A stretch of 64,000 nt of DNA from positions 16,990,001 to 17,054,000 of the forward strand of contig NW_024704743.1 of NCBI RefSeq assembly GCF_018977255.1, read 5' to 3'. Both the position numbers and the translations under genes were made by a program. Shown here piece after piece: positions 12,754 to 27,136 of this stretch; the stretch's first letter is position 1; each line of letters starts with the position of its first letter. Below the pieces are notes generated by a model, which saw only the letters and a list, made by a program, of their open reading frames with translations, was not told where the DNA came from and searched no databases. This DNA comes from Callorhinchus milii (lineage: Eukaryota).

Positions 12754-15537
12754 TTCTGATTCTGTTATGTGTATCGTCAATTGGGTATAATGACTTTCAG
12801 CAAGTCAGCTTCATTTCAATACCTAGCATCATCCATCTTTGCTATGTATATTGTACAAAAGACTATACATGATTTTTAGAAGACTTGGGGAGAAAATACA
12901 TAATTTGATAATGCAATCTTAGGAAGAAAACTCATATTCAGTATCCCTGTATTTACTTGCTTGAGTATATTCTTCTCTCTCCTGACCCCCTCCCCTCACC
13001 CCAAATAAAATACATACTTTAACTACACAGCTATGCCCAAAGACGAAAATAATCACAAGAGCAGGCTTTCATTGTTCCTAGAGCAGGGAGGAATTTTATA
13101 CACACTGCAAAAAGGAATATAGCTAGCATACAATAAGCTGGGCACATAATACATACACAATACACTGTTCAGTACCATGGACAGATGCAGGTTTTTAAAA
13201 AAAAATCATTACAGTATCCACATTTTATATAAATCAACACGCGTCTGCAAACCTGCTGAGTTATTGAAAACTATCAGTATATACATAATGAGGTAAACAG
13301 AACTTGGTCATTCAGGAGGTATCTTTAAAGCAAATTGCATTAAAAGTTCATCTGTATGCTTCAATTGCAGAACAATTTAATCCCAGATTCCCATAAGGAC
13401 TGCATGGCAAAACACAGTATAAGAGGGACTGTCCTAAAAGGAGCAGGTCATGGCACTCAACCCCAAAACCTTGAACAATTTTATTTCAAAATATGAACAT
13501 CAACATAATGTATGCAGTAGTGTTACGCAGATTTCTACAGTCTTCCTGGACAAATTCATCATAATAGTAAACTAACTTTCAATATGCACATTTAAACAGC
13601 TTACAGATTACAAAGGGATTATTTTAGGGGGAAATGCATTTATTCACCTCCGCATTAGCCTGCCACATGGGACTTAATCCATAGGATGTGCTTTGAGTTA
13701 TATACTACACCTATAATATGTTCAGGAATGATAATTCTCAGTAACCTTAAAAGCATAAAATGCTAATGATTTAGTTTTGCCACTTGTTTCAAGTGCCTTC
13801 ACCACTTGCATTATAATACTGTTTTTCAACAAGGAAACTATACACATTTGGATTATATGCACATGAAAAAACATGGATTTATACCAGTACAAAGGTAAAT
13901 CCAACATTTTCTACACTGCTATCTGCCCATAATTATTTCTACACTAAGTATGCCTTTGTAGTAGTACGCTTCAACCTAATTCATACTAGCAACAAAAAAC
14001 TGTCCTATACTTTCTTTTTAAAAAATAACCCAAAATTTATTTGATCTACAAAGCAAGACTATCCTTTGTAATGAACTAGTTATAAAGTGAATCCAATTTG
14101 TTTTTACATTTAATTTTAATGTAATAAAATAAACTTGGCACAACTGAATCGGTTGTCAAAGAAATACCACTTGCCAAAATTCACAGAAAACAGGAATTGT
14201 CAAATTACAATTTAATTACAATGCTGGGTTTTGCTAAAGTCCCTCCTTAGAAACATTTGCGTTGGGTTTATTTTAAGAGGTGCTGCGTCCATGATTTGCA
14301 TTATGCGTGTTTGAAAAATTACACCAGTTAATCGGCACACCTGCAAGGTTTTCCTTTTAAAGCACACATACAAATTAAGAAAGCTACAACACGTTAATAC
14401 AGAATTTAATTACATATAAGTGAAAATCTGCTTCCCAAGTCACAAATCAAGATGCAGAATTCAAGCTAGCATCAAGTGAAGGACAGCATATAAGCCTCAG
14501 TTTTAAATTTGTGGTCCACAAAAAAACATTTGTATTAGCATTCGCAATACAAGGTTTTTGTGCAAATTAAAACGAGACAATAGTCTATACTGCAGAATTT
14601 GGGGGGAAAAAACAAGAGCTCCGTTCAATATTGCAGTGTACAAAGCTATTGGGATTCAATAATGAGCTACAACATTAAATTCAGAATAAGTTAGCTATAA
14701 AAACCTTCAACTCAGATAGTCACTTTGAAAATATTGACAAGTTTTATCTGAAGTGATCTTCTCCCCACCCACAAACAAACACACAAAAAAACTCAACAAA
14801 ACACTAAGGTTCTGAGAGCCAATGAAAAAAAAACATGGAAACTTTTGCTGAATAAAAATTGAACAGCAATCATCTGAACCAGATAAATAATTTTAAAAAT
14901 GTCGCAAGACACGTGAAATTTATAGTTAGGAGATTTTGATCCCATAAAACATTTTTCTGAAGGCAACTTTTAGCTCATCTTTTTCAAAGCTATTAAAATG
15001 AATTAACTAATGACTCAAAACACAAGTGTTTCAGTAACTACTGTTCCAAATCTAAATTCATAGCCTTATAACGGGCTTAGGAACTGAAATATTTTGATTT
15101 AGCTGAAAGATGATCTAGCAGAATACACGAACCATATTAATGCATCAGGATATTAATATTACATTACACATAAAACTAAGAAGAAAATGGCTTGTGTTGA
15201 AATTGCTCCCAGTGTGCAACATATAATATTATTTCTGGACATCAGGACTACTTAACAGCATCACATTCATTATTCTGGCAAAAATTATATGTTGTATTAT
15301 GCGGAGGAAAATATTTACAGTGGCTTGTAAGCAAAAATAATGTTGTAGTTCCTTAGCATAACCCAATTGTGAGATTTGATGTACAAAAANCCTGACAACT
15401 GCAAATAAGGTGAGTGCAAACATTATCTGAATAATACTGAAAACTGAAGTCGTACCTAGCAATCAACTCAAATCCCTGGCCCTCATCTAATTTCTAAGGT
15501 AGAGCTCACTCATGTATCCTTAAAGAGGTGCTGACAC

Positions 15538-15602
15538 TTACTGGTAGCCGTGTGTTCTAGTCTGCGAAACTGTTACTGGTAGCCGTGTGTTCTAGTCTGC
15601 GA
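15538..15602. repeat. Tandem duplication, 30 bp exact, period 35
   Basis: ttactggtagccgtgtgttctagtctgcga at 15538-15567 and 15573-15602. Confidence 0.95.
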
Positions 15603-16431
15603 CAACAAGAATTACCTTTTGAACAAAACCAGAAATCAGCAGCAATGGAGTCTAAAGTGCAGCAATTTTAAAAACAATTCCTTAAATTAGGAATTCTAAA
15701 TAGGGAGCTCCGTCTGGTAATTGGAAGTATATCAGACTGACCTATGGGAACGGTGCTCTGAAAGTACACCGTCACAGGGAGCTCCCATGGATTGGTGTGA
15801 TGTACATCCGGTTTCCTTAAAGAATACTGCTGCGATCTCTGTAATTTACACCCCAATATGCAACTGTGCCTCAGGAGTTTGCTCACAAGTGTTATTTTTG
15901 TTGCCGTGCCACAAGTTAAGATGGCTAATTTGCAGATATTCTTCAGACCAATTGGAGTAAAATGCTTAAGACTCAAAGCCAGGTCATAACACACAAAGTG
16001 AAAACAGAGGCATCAAAATTAAAACCTGACGAAGTTGAATTTCCAAGCAGTAAAACTAGTACCAACCCTTTGGATAAACAGTCCCTTTAATTGTGTAATA
16101 CTGTACCTTGCACTAAAATGTCACCCATTCGATATCTCCAACATACTGGGTTGGTGATAGTAAAGGCTTAAATGTTCCAGCTTTTCTAATGTTAAGACCA
16201 ATAATAAAACTCTCTTTATCAAGTTAAATGTTAAAAAAAACTAAGCTACATCATATCTTGCCAACGTCCTGGGAAGGAGGTGTTCAGTGCACAGAGTGGA
16301 GCACACAGCCCATCTCAGCATTATGTCCATTATGGAGCCCGCATAGTGAACATTTCCTATGTAGTGTATAAAATATGGTGCAGTTTTCATCAGGCAGTAC
16401 AGCCAGTGTGATCCATCTTCTGCTCCCTCGA

Positions 16432-16439
16432 TGAGGTAG
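16432..16439 (-). promoter_or_regulatory. let-7 8mer target site in TGFBR1 3'UTR
   Basis: CTACCTCA on the - strand, ~80 nt after the stop codon. Confidence 0.7.
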
Positions 16440-16517
16440 AACAAGAATCCCTTCCAAATAAAACTGCAATCCAGGTGCAATGTCATCTGGTCAATTCACT
16501 CAGTTCTGTATCTGGCT

Positions 16518-16643
<126 letters not shown>

Positions 16644-17134
16644 CTACAGAGAAGACATACAGGATTATATTAAGAGAACACATTCTAGCTTCACGCTGCA
16701 ATTCATGGCAAGACCAACAAGATGCTACTCCTAACATTCCCATCAACTACTGACTGACATAAGTGAGCTGGATAAGTCAAATTGCTCATTTTACAAAAAA
16801 AATAATTGTTGCATTTAATATAGCAGCTTTCGTGTCAGGAGGACATGTCAAAGCACTTCACAGGACATACTGTAAAGTATAGCAATTGTGTGTTGTGGAG
16901 GCGAATGTTATCAAAGTGAGCAATAATAATAATCCTTGCATTTAACATAGCTTTGCAAAGCACTTTGTAAAAAGAATAATAATCCTTGCATTTGGTATAG
17001 TGCCTTGTCATGTCGTTGAGACTTCTCAAAGCACTATTATTAAGTCAAGTGCTATTACTTACAATCATGACTATTTGTTGGTGAATGCAGCACCCAATTT
17101 ACAGAACAATATTTCAGAAACAGCCAAGAGATGA

Positions 17135-17440
17135 TTAATAATCCTTGCATTTGTTATAGCGCTTTTCACATCTTCGGGACGTCTCAAAGCACTTCACAAA
17201 ATATACTGTAAAGAGAAATGACTGTATATTTGTGGGCGATACGCAGCAGCCAATTACGCACAGCAGCGTCCCACATACAGTCATGGATTTAAGTGACCAA
17301 TTTATTGTTGTTTTTTCTTGAGGGATTATTATCAGGCGTGTAGAGTAAGGAAACTTGATAAGGGTTCGCCCTACCGGGAATTGAACCCAGGTCTCTCGCT
17401 TGTGAGACTAGTGTTCTAACCATTGAACTACAGGACTCCA
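17135..17440 (-). mobile_element. tRNA-derived CORE-like SINE
   Basis: Same head (ggagtcctgtagttcaatggttagaacac) and tail as the other copies. Confidence 0.78.
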
Positions 17441-17504
17441 TCTGGTTTGCCTTCCATCTTCCCGGCAGTCGCATGCACACGCCCCGAACCTCCTATGTAC
17501 TATA

Positions 17505-17990
17505 TCCCAGAATTCCAGAATGTTATTTCCTAAAAGAATACTATCTAATCTGTGTTTGAAGGAATGAACACTTTCTGCTTCAACTCGGGAGCCTGTTCCA
17601 CAGGTTCACTATTCGCTCACTGAAATAATGCTTCCATAGATTGTTCTGAATTTACTCCCCTTCAATCTCAGGCCATGTCCTCTGGTTTTACTATTCTGGA
17701 CTAGTTGAAACAGCCTGTCATGATCTACATGGTCTAGTCCTTTTAGAATCTTAAGACAGCAATCATATCATCAATCTTCACTTTTCCAGCGTGAACATGC
17801 CCAATTTACTTAGTCACTCCTCATAATCCAGTCCCTCCATTCCATCAATCATTCTGGTTGCCCTCCTCTATAACTTCTCAATTTCTCCCACATCCTTTTT
17901 GTCCTGTGGTGACCAGAACTGTACACAGTACTCTAAGTATGGTCTCACCAATGATTTATACAGTGGTAGGATTAGCTCACTATTTCAGCT
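17505..17990 (-). mobile_element. Degraded CR1 fragment
   Basis: gaccagaactgtacacagtactctaagtatggtctcacc is the reverse complement of [11 protein letters not shown]. Confidence 0.7.
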
Positions 17991-18579
17991 TGCTATTGAT
18001 CTTTTATACATCCCAACATCTGGTTTTCTTTACTCAATGCCATTGAGGTATCATTTATGATTTCATTTCTGTCCAGCAGCTCTGTGATTTTATCCTAATA
18101 ACTGAATCCCTAGGTGTCTCCGCGTTTGGACAAGTGAAGCTTGGACATTCCTTTCAACAGGATAGCCTTCCAAAGTCAATAATAGACATTAACAGTTTAC
18201 AATGAAGAAAGCCTAATTTCTACTTTCTAGTATGTTAGAAAATACCAAAGCCCAAAATATTGTTGTGTGCAAATTAGATGCCACATTTGCTTAGAAATAT
18301 TGTTTCTTCACTTTTTACAATATTCTGTGAAGCACCGTGAAACGATTCAACAATGCGATAGTTATTTCAATTATAAAACAGAAATGATATTGTAGTTCAA
18401 AACAAAATCTTCATGCAAGAGGAAATGAAAACTTAACTGACCAAAATAGCAGCACAGTGAGGTTAATTTATTGTATTTGTGAGGATTCCTCTCATTTCCT
18501 TACTTTCTCTCTCTGCCCTCCAACTTTTTGTTTTTTTTATATTAAAAAAATGCTGTTTTGAATCCAAGCACACAACACA

Positions 18580-19748
18580 GGAGATGGAATATATTTAGAT
18601 TTCCAAAAGGCGTTCGATAATGTACCACATAATAGACTAATGAATAAGGTCAGAGCATGTGGAGTCAGGGTAAAAATAGCAGAATGGATAGCAAGCTGGC
18701 TACAAAACAGAAAACAGAGTAGGGGTAAAGGGTAGCTAAGACTGGCAGGGGGTGGGCAGTGGTGTTCCACAAGGATCGGTATTGGGACCACTATTGTTCA
18801 CAATATACATTAATGATTTTGATTCGGGAATCAGCAGTACAAGTTCAAAATTTGCAGATGACACCAAATTGGGGAGAGTAGTTAATACAGAGGAGGCCTG
18901 CCACAAATTACAGCAAGACATTAATAAACTTGCTGAATGGGCATTTAAATGCCAAATGCATTTCAATGTAGAAAAGTGTGAGATGGTACATTTTGGTAGA
19001 AGGAATAAGGAAGTCACATACATCCTGGAAAATAAAAATCCAAATGGGTAGAGGAACAAAGGGACCTAGGGTTACACATACACAATTCACTAAAAGTAGC
19101 AACACAGGTTAATAAGGCCATAAAAAAATGCAAACCAGGCATTGGGGTTCATTTCTAGAGGGATATAAATGAAAAGCAGGGAACTTATGGTAAATTTCTA
19201 TATAACCGTGGTTAGACCACACTTAGAATACTGTGTGCAGTTCTGGTCCCCACATTATAGAAGGGATATAGAGGCACTGGAGAGGGTGCAAAGGAGATTC
19301 AAAAGGATGATCCCAGAACTGACAGGTTATACCTATCAGGAAAGGCTGAACATACTCTTTTCTCTTGAAAAAAGGGTAAGGGATGACCTGAGAGGTCTTT
19401 AAAATTATGAAAGGTTTTGATAGGGTAGACTTAGGGAAGATGTTTCCACTTGTGGGGGAGACCAAAACCAGAGGCCATCAATATAAAATAGTCACAAATA
19501 AATCAAATAGGGAAGCTAGAAGAAACTTCTTCCCACAGAGAGTAGTGGGAATGTGGAACATTCTACCACAAGGAGTTCTTGAGGCAAATAGCATAGATGT
19601 ATTTAAGGGGAAGCTAAATAGGGTACATGAGGGAGAAAGGAATAGAAGGTTATGCTTGAAGGGCAGGAGGAGGCTCATGTGGAGCATAAACACGGGCATT
19701 GGCCAGTTGGGTCGAATGGCCTGTTTTTGTGCTGTATATTCTAATATA
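18580..19748 (+). mobile_element. 5'-truncated, frameshifted CR1-clade LINE (RT C-terminal half and 3'UTR) in TGFBR1 intron 8
   Basis: Motifs [64 protein letters not shown], followed by a CR1-type 3' end. Confidence 0.93.
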
Positions 19749-19785
19749 CTTTAATGGAACACACCAAACCATCAACTACCTTTCA

Positions 19786-19941
<156 letters not shown>

Positions 19942-20152
19942 TCAAATACAATTGGAATTGTTAAAAATGCACGCACAATTTTGAAATTCTGTTCAATTCT
20001 ATCACTACATACCGTCTCCAATTGGGGGGCTATTTACTACATGAGAACCACAAATAGAAAACTAGGGTATTATGTATATAGATTGTGAAGGAGGGACATT
20101 GAAAAATTTCCTTTTCAAATGTTATTTTCAAGCAGTGTCGAGAGAAATTCTA

Positions 20153-20338
<186 letters not shown>

Positions 20339-21197
20339 TTAAGGCTAAACACAGTTCAAGAGTATTTCCGTTTAAATTTAAAAATCAAGCAGGTTTTTTC
20401 GACCCTTGACAGTTTGTTTGGAATTCATTTGCACTAACTCTATAAGTCAAAAGCAGAACATGCTGTAATTGTAAATTGTGAGGCTATTTTTCTGTATTAC
20501 ACTTACAGAAAGACTAAATTTCTTTAGTCATCACATACAACCTGTAATTGGCATCCAATTACTCCACAATGAATGGCATTGGTGCATCAGCCCACTGCAC
20601 TATTTGCTTTAAACTCTTCAATTATAAAGCAAAATCGAGTTAGATGTACTCACTCTCTCTCTCTCTCTGCATGTTGATTATCTGAGAACTTTGCTACATT
20701 TTTCTCCAGTATTTTGTTTCCTTAAATATCCTTTGAATTTCTGAAATTCTCTGCGCCCCAAAAATGTAACATCCCCAGTGGTGCTGTCTCAAATTGCAAG
20801 AACTTCACAGCAGATGACGATTAGGTTTCAGGTGAAACCTGGCAATTTCTAGCAATCTTAAATCTAATAGAGATTTAATAAGCATCAATTCAGTATGTAA
20901 TCTGAAGGTAAATCATACAGACCTACAGAAACTCAACTCTGAAGCAATAATAATCCTTGCATTTGGTCATGCCGTTGAGACGAGTCAAAGCACTTCAAGG
21001 ATATACTGTAAAGTTGATTTGACTATTTTGTGGGTGAAACGTGGCAGCCAGTTGCACACAGCAGCATCCACGAACAGCCATTGAATGAATGACTACTATT
21101 TTTTATGGAGGGTGGGGGGGTGTGGGGGGAGAGAAAGAGGAGATTGTTGGCCAGGACATGGAGAGAAACTCCCTTCTCTTTTCAAAGAGTGTCCTTT

Positions 21198-21522
21198 TCG
21201 TGGAGTCCTGTGGCTCAGTGGTTAGAGCACTCACTTTGCAAGCGAGAGACCTGTGTTCAATTCCAGGCAGGGCGAAACCTTGGGCAAGTTTCCTTACTCC
21301 ACACGTCTAATAATAATCCCTCCAAAAAAAAAAAAACAATAATAAATTGGTCATTTTCAATCTACGACTGTTTGTGGGACATTGCTGTGCGCAATTGGCT
21401 GCCGCATTCGCCCACAAATATACAGTCAATTCACTTTACAGTGTGTTCTGTGAAGCGCTTTGGGACGTCCTCCCGACGTGAAAAGCGCTATATCAAATGC
21501 AAGTATTATTATTATTATTATT
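21198..21522 (+). mobile_element. tRNA-derived SINE with CORE-like segment and L2-type (ATT)n tail
   Basis: Pol III A box tggctcagtgg, B box gttcaattcc, ccttgggcaagtttccttactcc core, tail gcgctatatcaaatgcaagtattattatt. Confidence 0.8.
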
Positions 21523-23759
21523 ATAGTGTCATGGTATGTTTAATATCCACCTGAACAGGCAGGACTCTGTTGGCACGATAGTAACATCCCACAAAACAAG
21601 GAGAATGACCAATTTTTCTGAAAGAATGTTACCTAGGACATAGGGACAAACTCCTTTTACTTTTCAAATAGCGTAATCAGATCTTCACATCCATGTGAAG
21701 AACAGACAAGCAAGACCTAGATGTAATGTCTTATCTGAAGTCTTACCTCCAACAAAGCATGAGACTACCTCACTTGAGACAAGACTGTGAGGTCAAGTCC
21801 AACAGAAGGGAAGCGTAGCTAACAGATAGATCTATGCTAAGCCTCACTGGATGCACCATCTGCTGCATCTATCCACAAATAACACTACAAGTTTACAGAA
21901 AAACTTAGTAAAACAGATGTTTTGATGTTGTAAGTGCAATATGAAAGTCAAGAATTATTATTATGATGGAGTATGCCCTCCACCAATATCGTTGCTATGA
22001 AAGGTGTATTTTATCTAAAAGGAATGCAAGAATGCAGGTACATTAATCTCTTAAAATTAAATTATTTTAGGTGAAAATGCCTGATGTGCTACAATAGTCC
22101 GAGAGAAAGAATTTTTGGTCAGCCTACTATGATGCTTGATTCACTGACAACATGCAGAATTAAGTATGTCTGCTATGAGAGCAAAATATCTGAGATTACT
22201 TTGAAGACATAATTTAATTTTTTAATGAAAAAGTATGTAGTCGGGGAAATAGATTACCTCGGATACCTCAAAGTTTTGCCTCTTCTCCTTTTCTAGCAAC
22301 TATTTTGGAACGTGATAGAATTCATACAAACAGAGAAATTGCTCATTGAGCACACAGTACACAACGGGCTTTGGGCAGGCAATTAAAATATTGAAAGGTT
22401 TGTGAAAGGAAACTGGTGTTTGTGACTAAAGATCAAACTGGAGGAAAAGAAACACGAGAGCCCAGGTCAAAATAGAGACATGGTGCAACTAATGAAAAGT
22501 ATTCACTCACTGCTCTGTCAATGAAGGAAAGAACTAAAATGGGCATCTATAAAAAGGAAATCAATGCACAAACTAAAAATACAGAGATAAGCATGCTTGT
22601 GATTTACTCTGCATACCATAGCTCAAGTATGCAAAAGATACATCATGTTCATTTATTATAAATTACACTTCTGGCCTCCACCCCTATTGATCCCAACCAC
22701 CAGCTCAGGCCCAAATCCCTGACTGTCCAGTGCCTTGAGACTTCCTCCTGATGTGAAAGTTGCTATACAAATGTAATTTGTTGTTGTTGATAAAATTATA
22801 GTTTCAGTGATGAATTTGGAGTTTAGTTAGTTGCATCCATTTTCATTTAAGATGTTGTATATTTGGCTAAATACAGCACAATATTGCTAAGCGGCTGACA
22901 TTCGTTTCAATAGTTTTATCCCTCTACTATTGAATCTACTGAGACTATTTAATATTTCTAAGTATACAAATTACTTTTGTAAACTCAAGTAAAATCACAA
23001 CTTCAAACTGGTGAATAGCTCTACCTCTATTGAATATGCAATAAGATTGGGGAGGCTTTTGATGAGATGAAACAATGCATCCAGTGTACATGATTTAACA
23101 CTGTGATTTTCCTTATTACCCACATGATAGTTGGATGACATCCTCTGTGATGGGATGGATAAATATTTGTGATGACTTTTAAATCTTGTGATTTAAAAGT
23201 GTATGATTCTGTGCAGAAACATTAATTTCAGCCCAAAAGCAGACCTTTCAGGCAATTGTGTCAGTAGTGGGGTTTTGTTAATTGAATCATTATTTTATAG
23301 TGAAAAGCAACAAATTCCAAATAAATTTGATCATTCACTTTATGACTGGGGACATTGCAGTGTGCCAAATGACTGCCCTGTTTGCCTATAAATACAGTTA
23401 CTACACTTTACAGTATACTCGGTGAAGTATTTTGTTCTCCTGAAACACTACACCAAATGTAAGGTTTATTTATTATTTTATATCTTGAAATTAGCAGTCA
23501 TTTTTATGTCAGTAAAATAAAACAGCAGAGCAACAATGAAAAACCCATGACGACATTTAACAGGAACAATTTTTGAGCCATTTGACGGATTGTTAAGAGC
23601 TGAGAAAAGATAAATGAAACTACATCAGAAAAAATTACCGACAGCCTCCTTACTGCACAATCAATTCAGGATTGATGCCCGATGGGGTGTTCTCAAACAA
23701 TCTCTGGGGAATAATACGTTCCCCAAACTAACTGTGCAGGAAAGAGTGTGCATACGTTA

Positions 23760-23948
<189 letters not shown>

Positions 23949-25021
23949 TCACGTTGAAACAAGAGCAGAACTAAACAATTCAGCTTGAAGCTTCTTCTGG
24001 GGATTGGACTAGATGTATACATATCATTACTAGGATTGGCTATCCAAATACTGCTATGCCACCAGAGGATTCTTGCTGCATTGCACAGCAATGCCTTGTG
24101 ATCAAAGAAAAATCTACACATTGTGAATTTAAAATTTTATTGCATGGATAATTGATCAAACTCTTCCAAGACATGAAGCAGATAGTGTAGCTGCATTCAA
24201 GAGGAAGCTATACTTTCACACACGAGAGGGGAATAAAAGGCTATGGAAGGGAGTATAAACACCAGCACAAGACTAGTTGGGCTGTGGCCCATTTATATGC
24301 TGCAGCTTTTGTAAATCTTTGTAGAAGTTACGCCACATTAAGAGCACTATACAACTTGTTGTTCTACTGCAATTACTGCTCTCGAGGAACCTAGAGATTC
24401 TGAATATATGCCACAACTTTATATATTTCAATATGCCAGAGTATGGGGGGGCAGGATTAAGTTTAACTGGTTCCAAGGTGACATGCTTGGCAAAGGAATC
24501 AACCTCTGTGGTGTTGGTCTGGTATCTAAGCCAGGCAGGCCACAGGACTCCAGGGCACAGGCCAGCCTCGCTCATCGGCAGGACCTGGAAGCGCAGACCA
24601 GTCACTGGGGGCAGTGAATCCTGCCCCTCAGCTCCTGTTAACCCTGCAAGCCAAAGCCCAAACAGGTAGGGTGGTCCTAGTTGGACAAAGAGCAGAAAAG
24701 CTTGCCAGGCAGCAAAATTAATGCATTTTTAGCTAGTCAAGATTCCAGCAATACCCCATGGCACACTCTGGGGTCCCCAAGCCTTGGCTCTTGCCAACCT
24801 ATTACTTCCCAGAGAGTGTGCATTCCATTCCAACAATCTATCTCTTGAATTTTCATGTGTAGGTGGGATGCATGGAATTCTCAATTTGGTTTGGATACTC
24901 CTAAGCAAGGTGATGGGTTTGCACATGTGTCAGATACCCAGCTGACCCCAAAAAATGGTGAGTTTTTGAAGATTGGAAATCTTCATCCTACCATGTAGAA
25001 ATAATGTAACCTCATTATTTA

Positions 25022-25240
<219 letters not shown>

Positions 25241-26857
25241 TTAGTACATCCCAACACTGACCGACATGGCATACTACCCAAGTCACGTGCAAAACATTTA
25301 CTTAACCTGCAATTTATACATGATGGGCAAATAGCAGCTGGGGGGGGGGGGGTGTGGGGCAGGGGAGTCATAACCGAGTTCAAAAAATGATTCTGCTTAG
25401 CTGGTAAACTACACAGATGATACAAAATTGATCAGGTCATGTTTTAATTGCTGTTTAGGTCTATTTGGTCCAATCTGTTCAGGTCAAAATTTTAATGATA
25501 ATTTATGGGATTTGCCCTGATAGAGGGACATTTTAAAACAACCTACAGCGTTGTGCACATTCATACAAAGAACAGATCAACCAGCAAAACAAAAGCAAAG
25601 CTATTCTGGGAGCAAGAAAGAAGCATTGTACTTACTATAGCTTGTGCAAAGGTTTAAAAACATTTAGAATGCTGGCCTATCAATCAAATATTTCACTTTA
25701 GCAATACCTTCAACACTAGGATTTTACTCTGATATTTCTAAAATTCAATAGTTTAAGCTGCTTTTGTGGAGATTGGGGTAGAAAGGGAGAACATTTAATT
25801 TAGGTCAAACCATAAATCCTAAACACCCAACCCTAAAGAATTATTCTGTACGTCCAATTTTCATGAAGGCAGCGACAGAAATAGGGAGAAAAATTATTAC
25901 TGGACCAGTTGAGAGAAAGAAAACAGCTTGCTAGCCCTTTCGATGCTTCTATTACTAATGCCAGGATTTACCAACAGAAAAAGAGATTAGGACGTGAAAT
26001 TACACCAATATCCACAATATAAACAAATTCTCTATTAAATTATACAATCAATATTTTGATTGGACCCGTTTCACTTCCACTATAGTGTAGCTCTGCATAA
26101 TAGCATACCATTAACCTGCCTCTTACCCTTGCCCTGTCTCTGAAAAGAATACCCATGACGACAGTCGGGTTAATTTAAAAATATTTGGAGGCAGGATGGA
26201 GCAGAAACTGATGCACTAAATATTCATGACATCCATTGAAGGCATCTATAACAGAAATCGTTCACCTTAATATATCTGCCTCAAACCCTTAACAAGAAGA
26301 CAAGGAATTCAAAAATCAAGCAAACTAAAGCTAAATCATTGTGTGCAAAGCAGCTGAAAGAGCAACCGCAACTTAACATTTGGTTTAGAATGCAGATCCT
26401 TTCTTCCATAAAGAATACAGATGTCAATCTGGTGCTGGCCACACAGGCCACATATCCCATGTGTTTTGCAAGGATGACTAAGCTGCTGTGAATAGGTAAA
26501 GCAGCAATACAAGCTAGTCTGAGATTGAAAAGGATCCAGAAGTATCTTTCATCAATCCATATCCATTGGACCTCATATTGCTCTTGTGGACTGAGGCCAC
26601 CATTGCCAGCAATAAAGGGATGGTAAACAGGTCAGATTTAGAATAATTTCTCTACATTACATTGGGATCCATAAAAATATGAACATATGTAATCTGAGAT
26701 CTGTTAATGGACAATGAGGCAACCAGCCCAGTGCAATTCCCATTCATTGATTTGATGGATGTAAGTTGTACTGTTGCTGAATCATGCCCTCCAGGTGAGT
26801 TCAAGAGTGGAGACCCAGTGACATTCACACTTTGCCCAAGAACAGTAAGAAAGGTTA

Positions 26858-27136
<279 letters not shown>

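Larger units (their letters stand above)
12730..16517 (-). other. TGFBR1: Putative TGFBR1 3'UTR (~3.8 kb)
   Basis: Continuous AT-rich sequence without recognisable retroposons between the stop codon and a minus-strand AATAAA at 12748-12753. Contains several miRNA seed matches. Confidence 0.6.

Noticed and set aside
21198..21275. tRNA-like sequences with A and B boxes (also near 8565, 17440, 36900, 62500)
   Set aside because: They are SINE heads continuous with SINE body and tail, and do not form a full cloverleaf.
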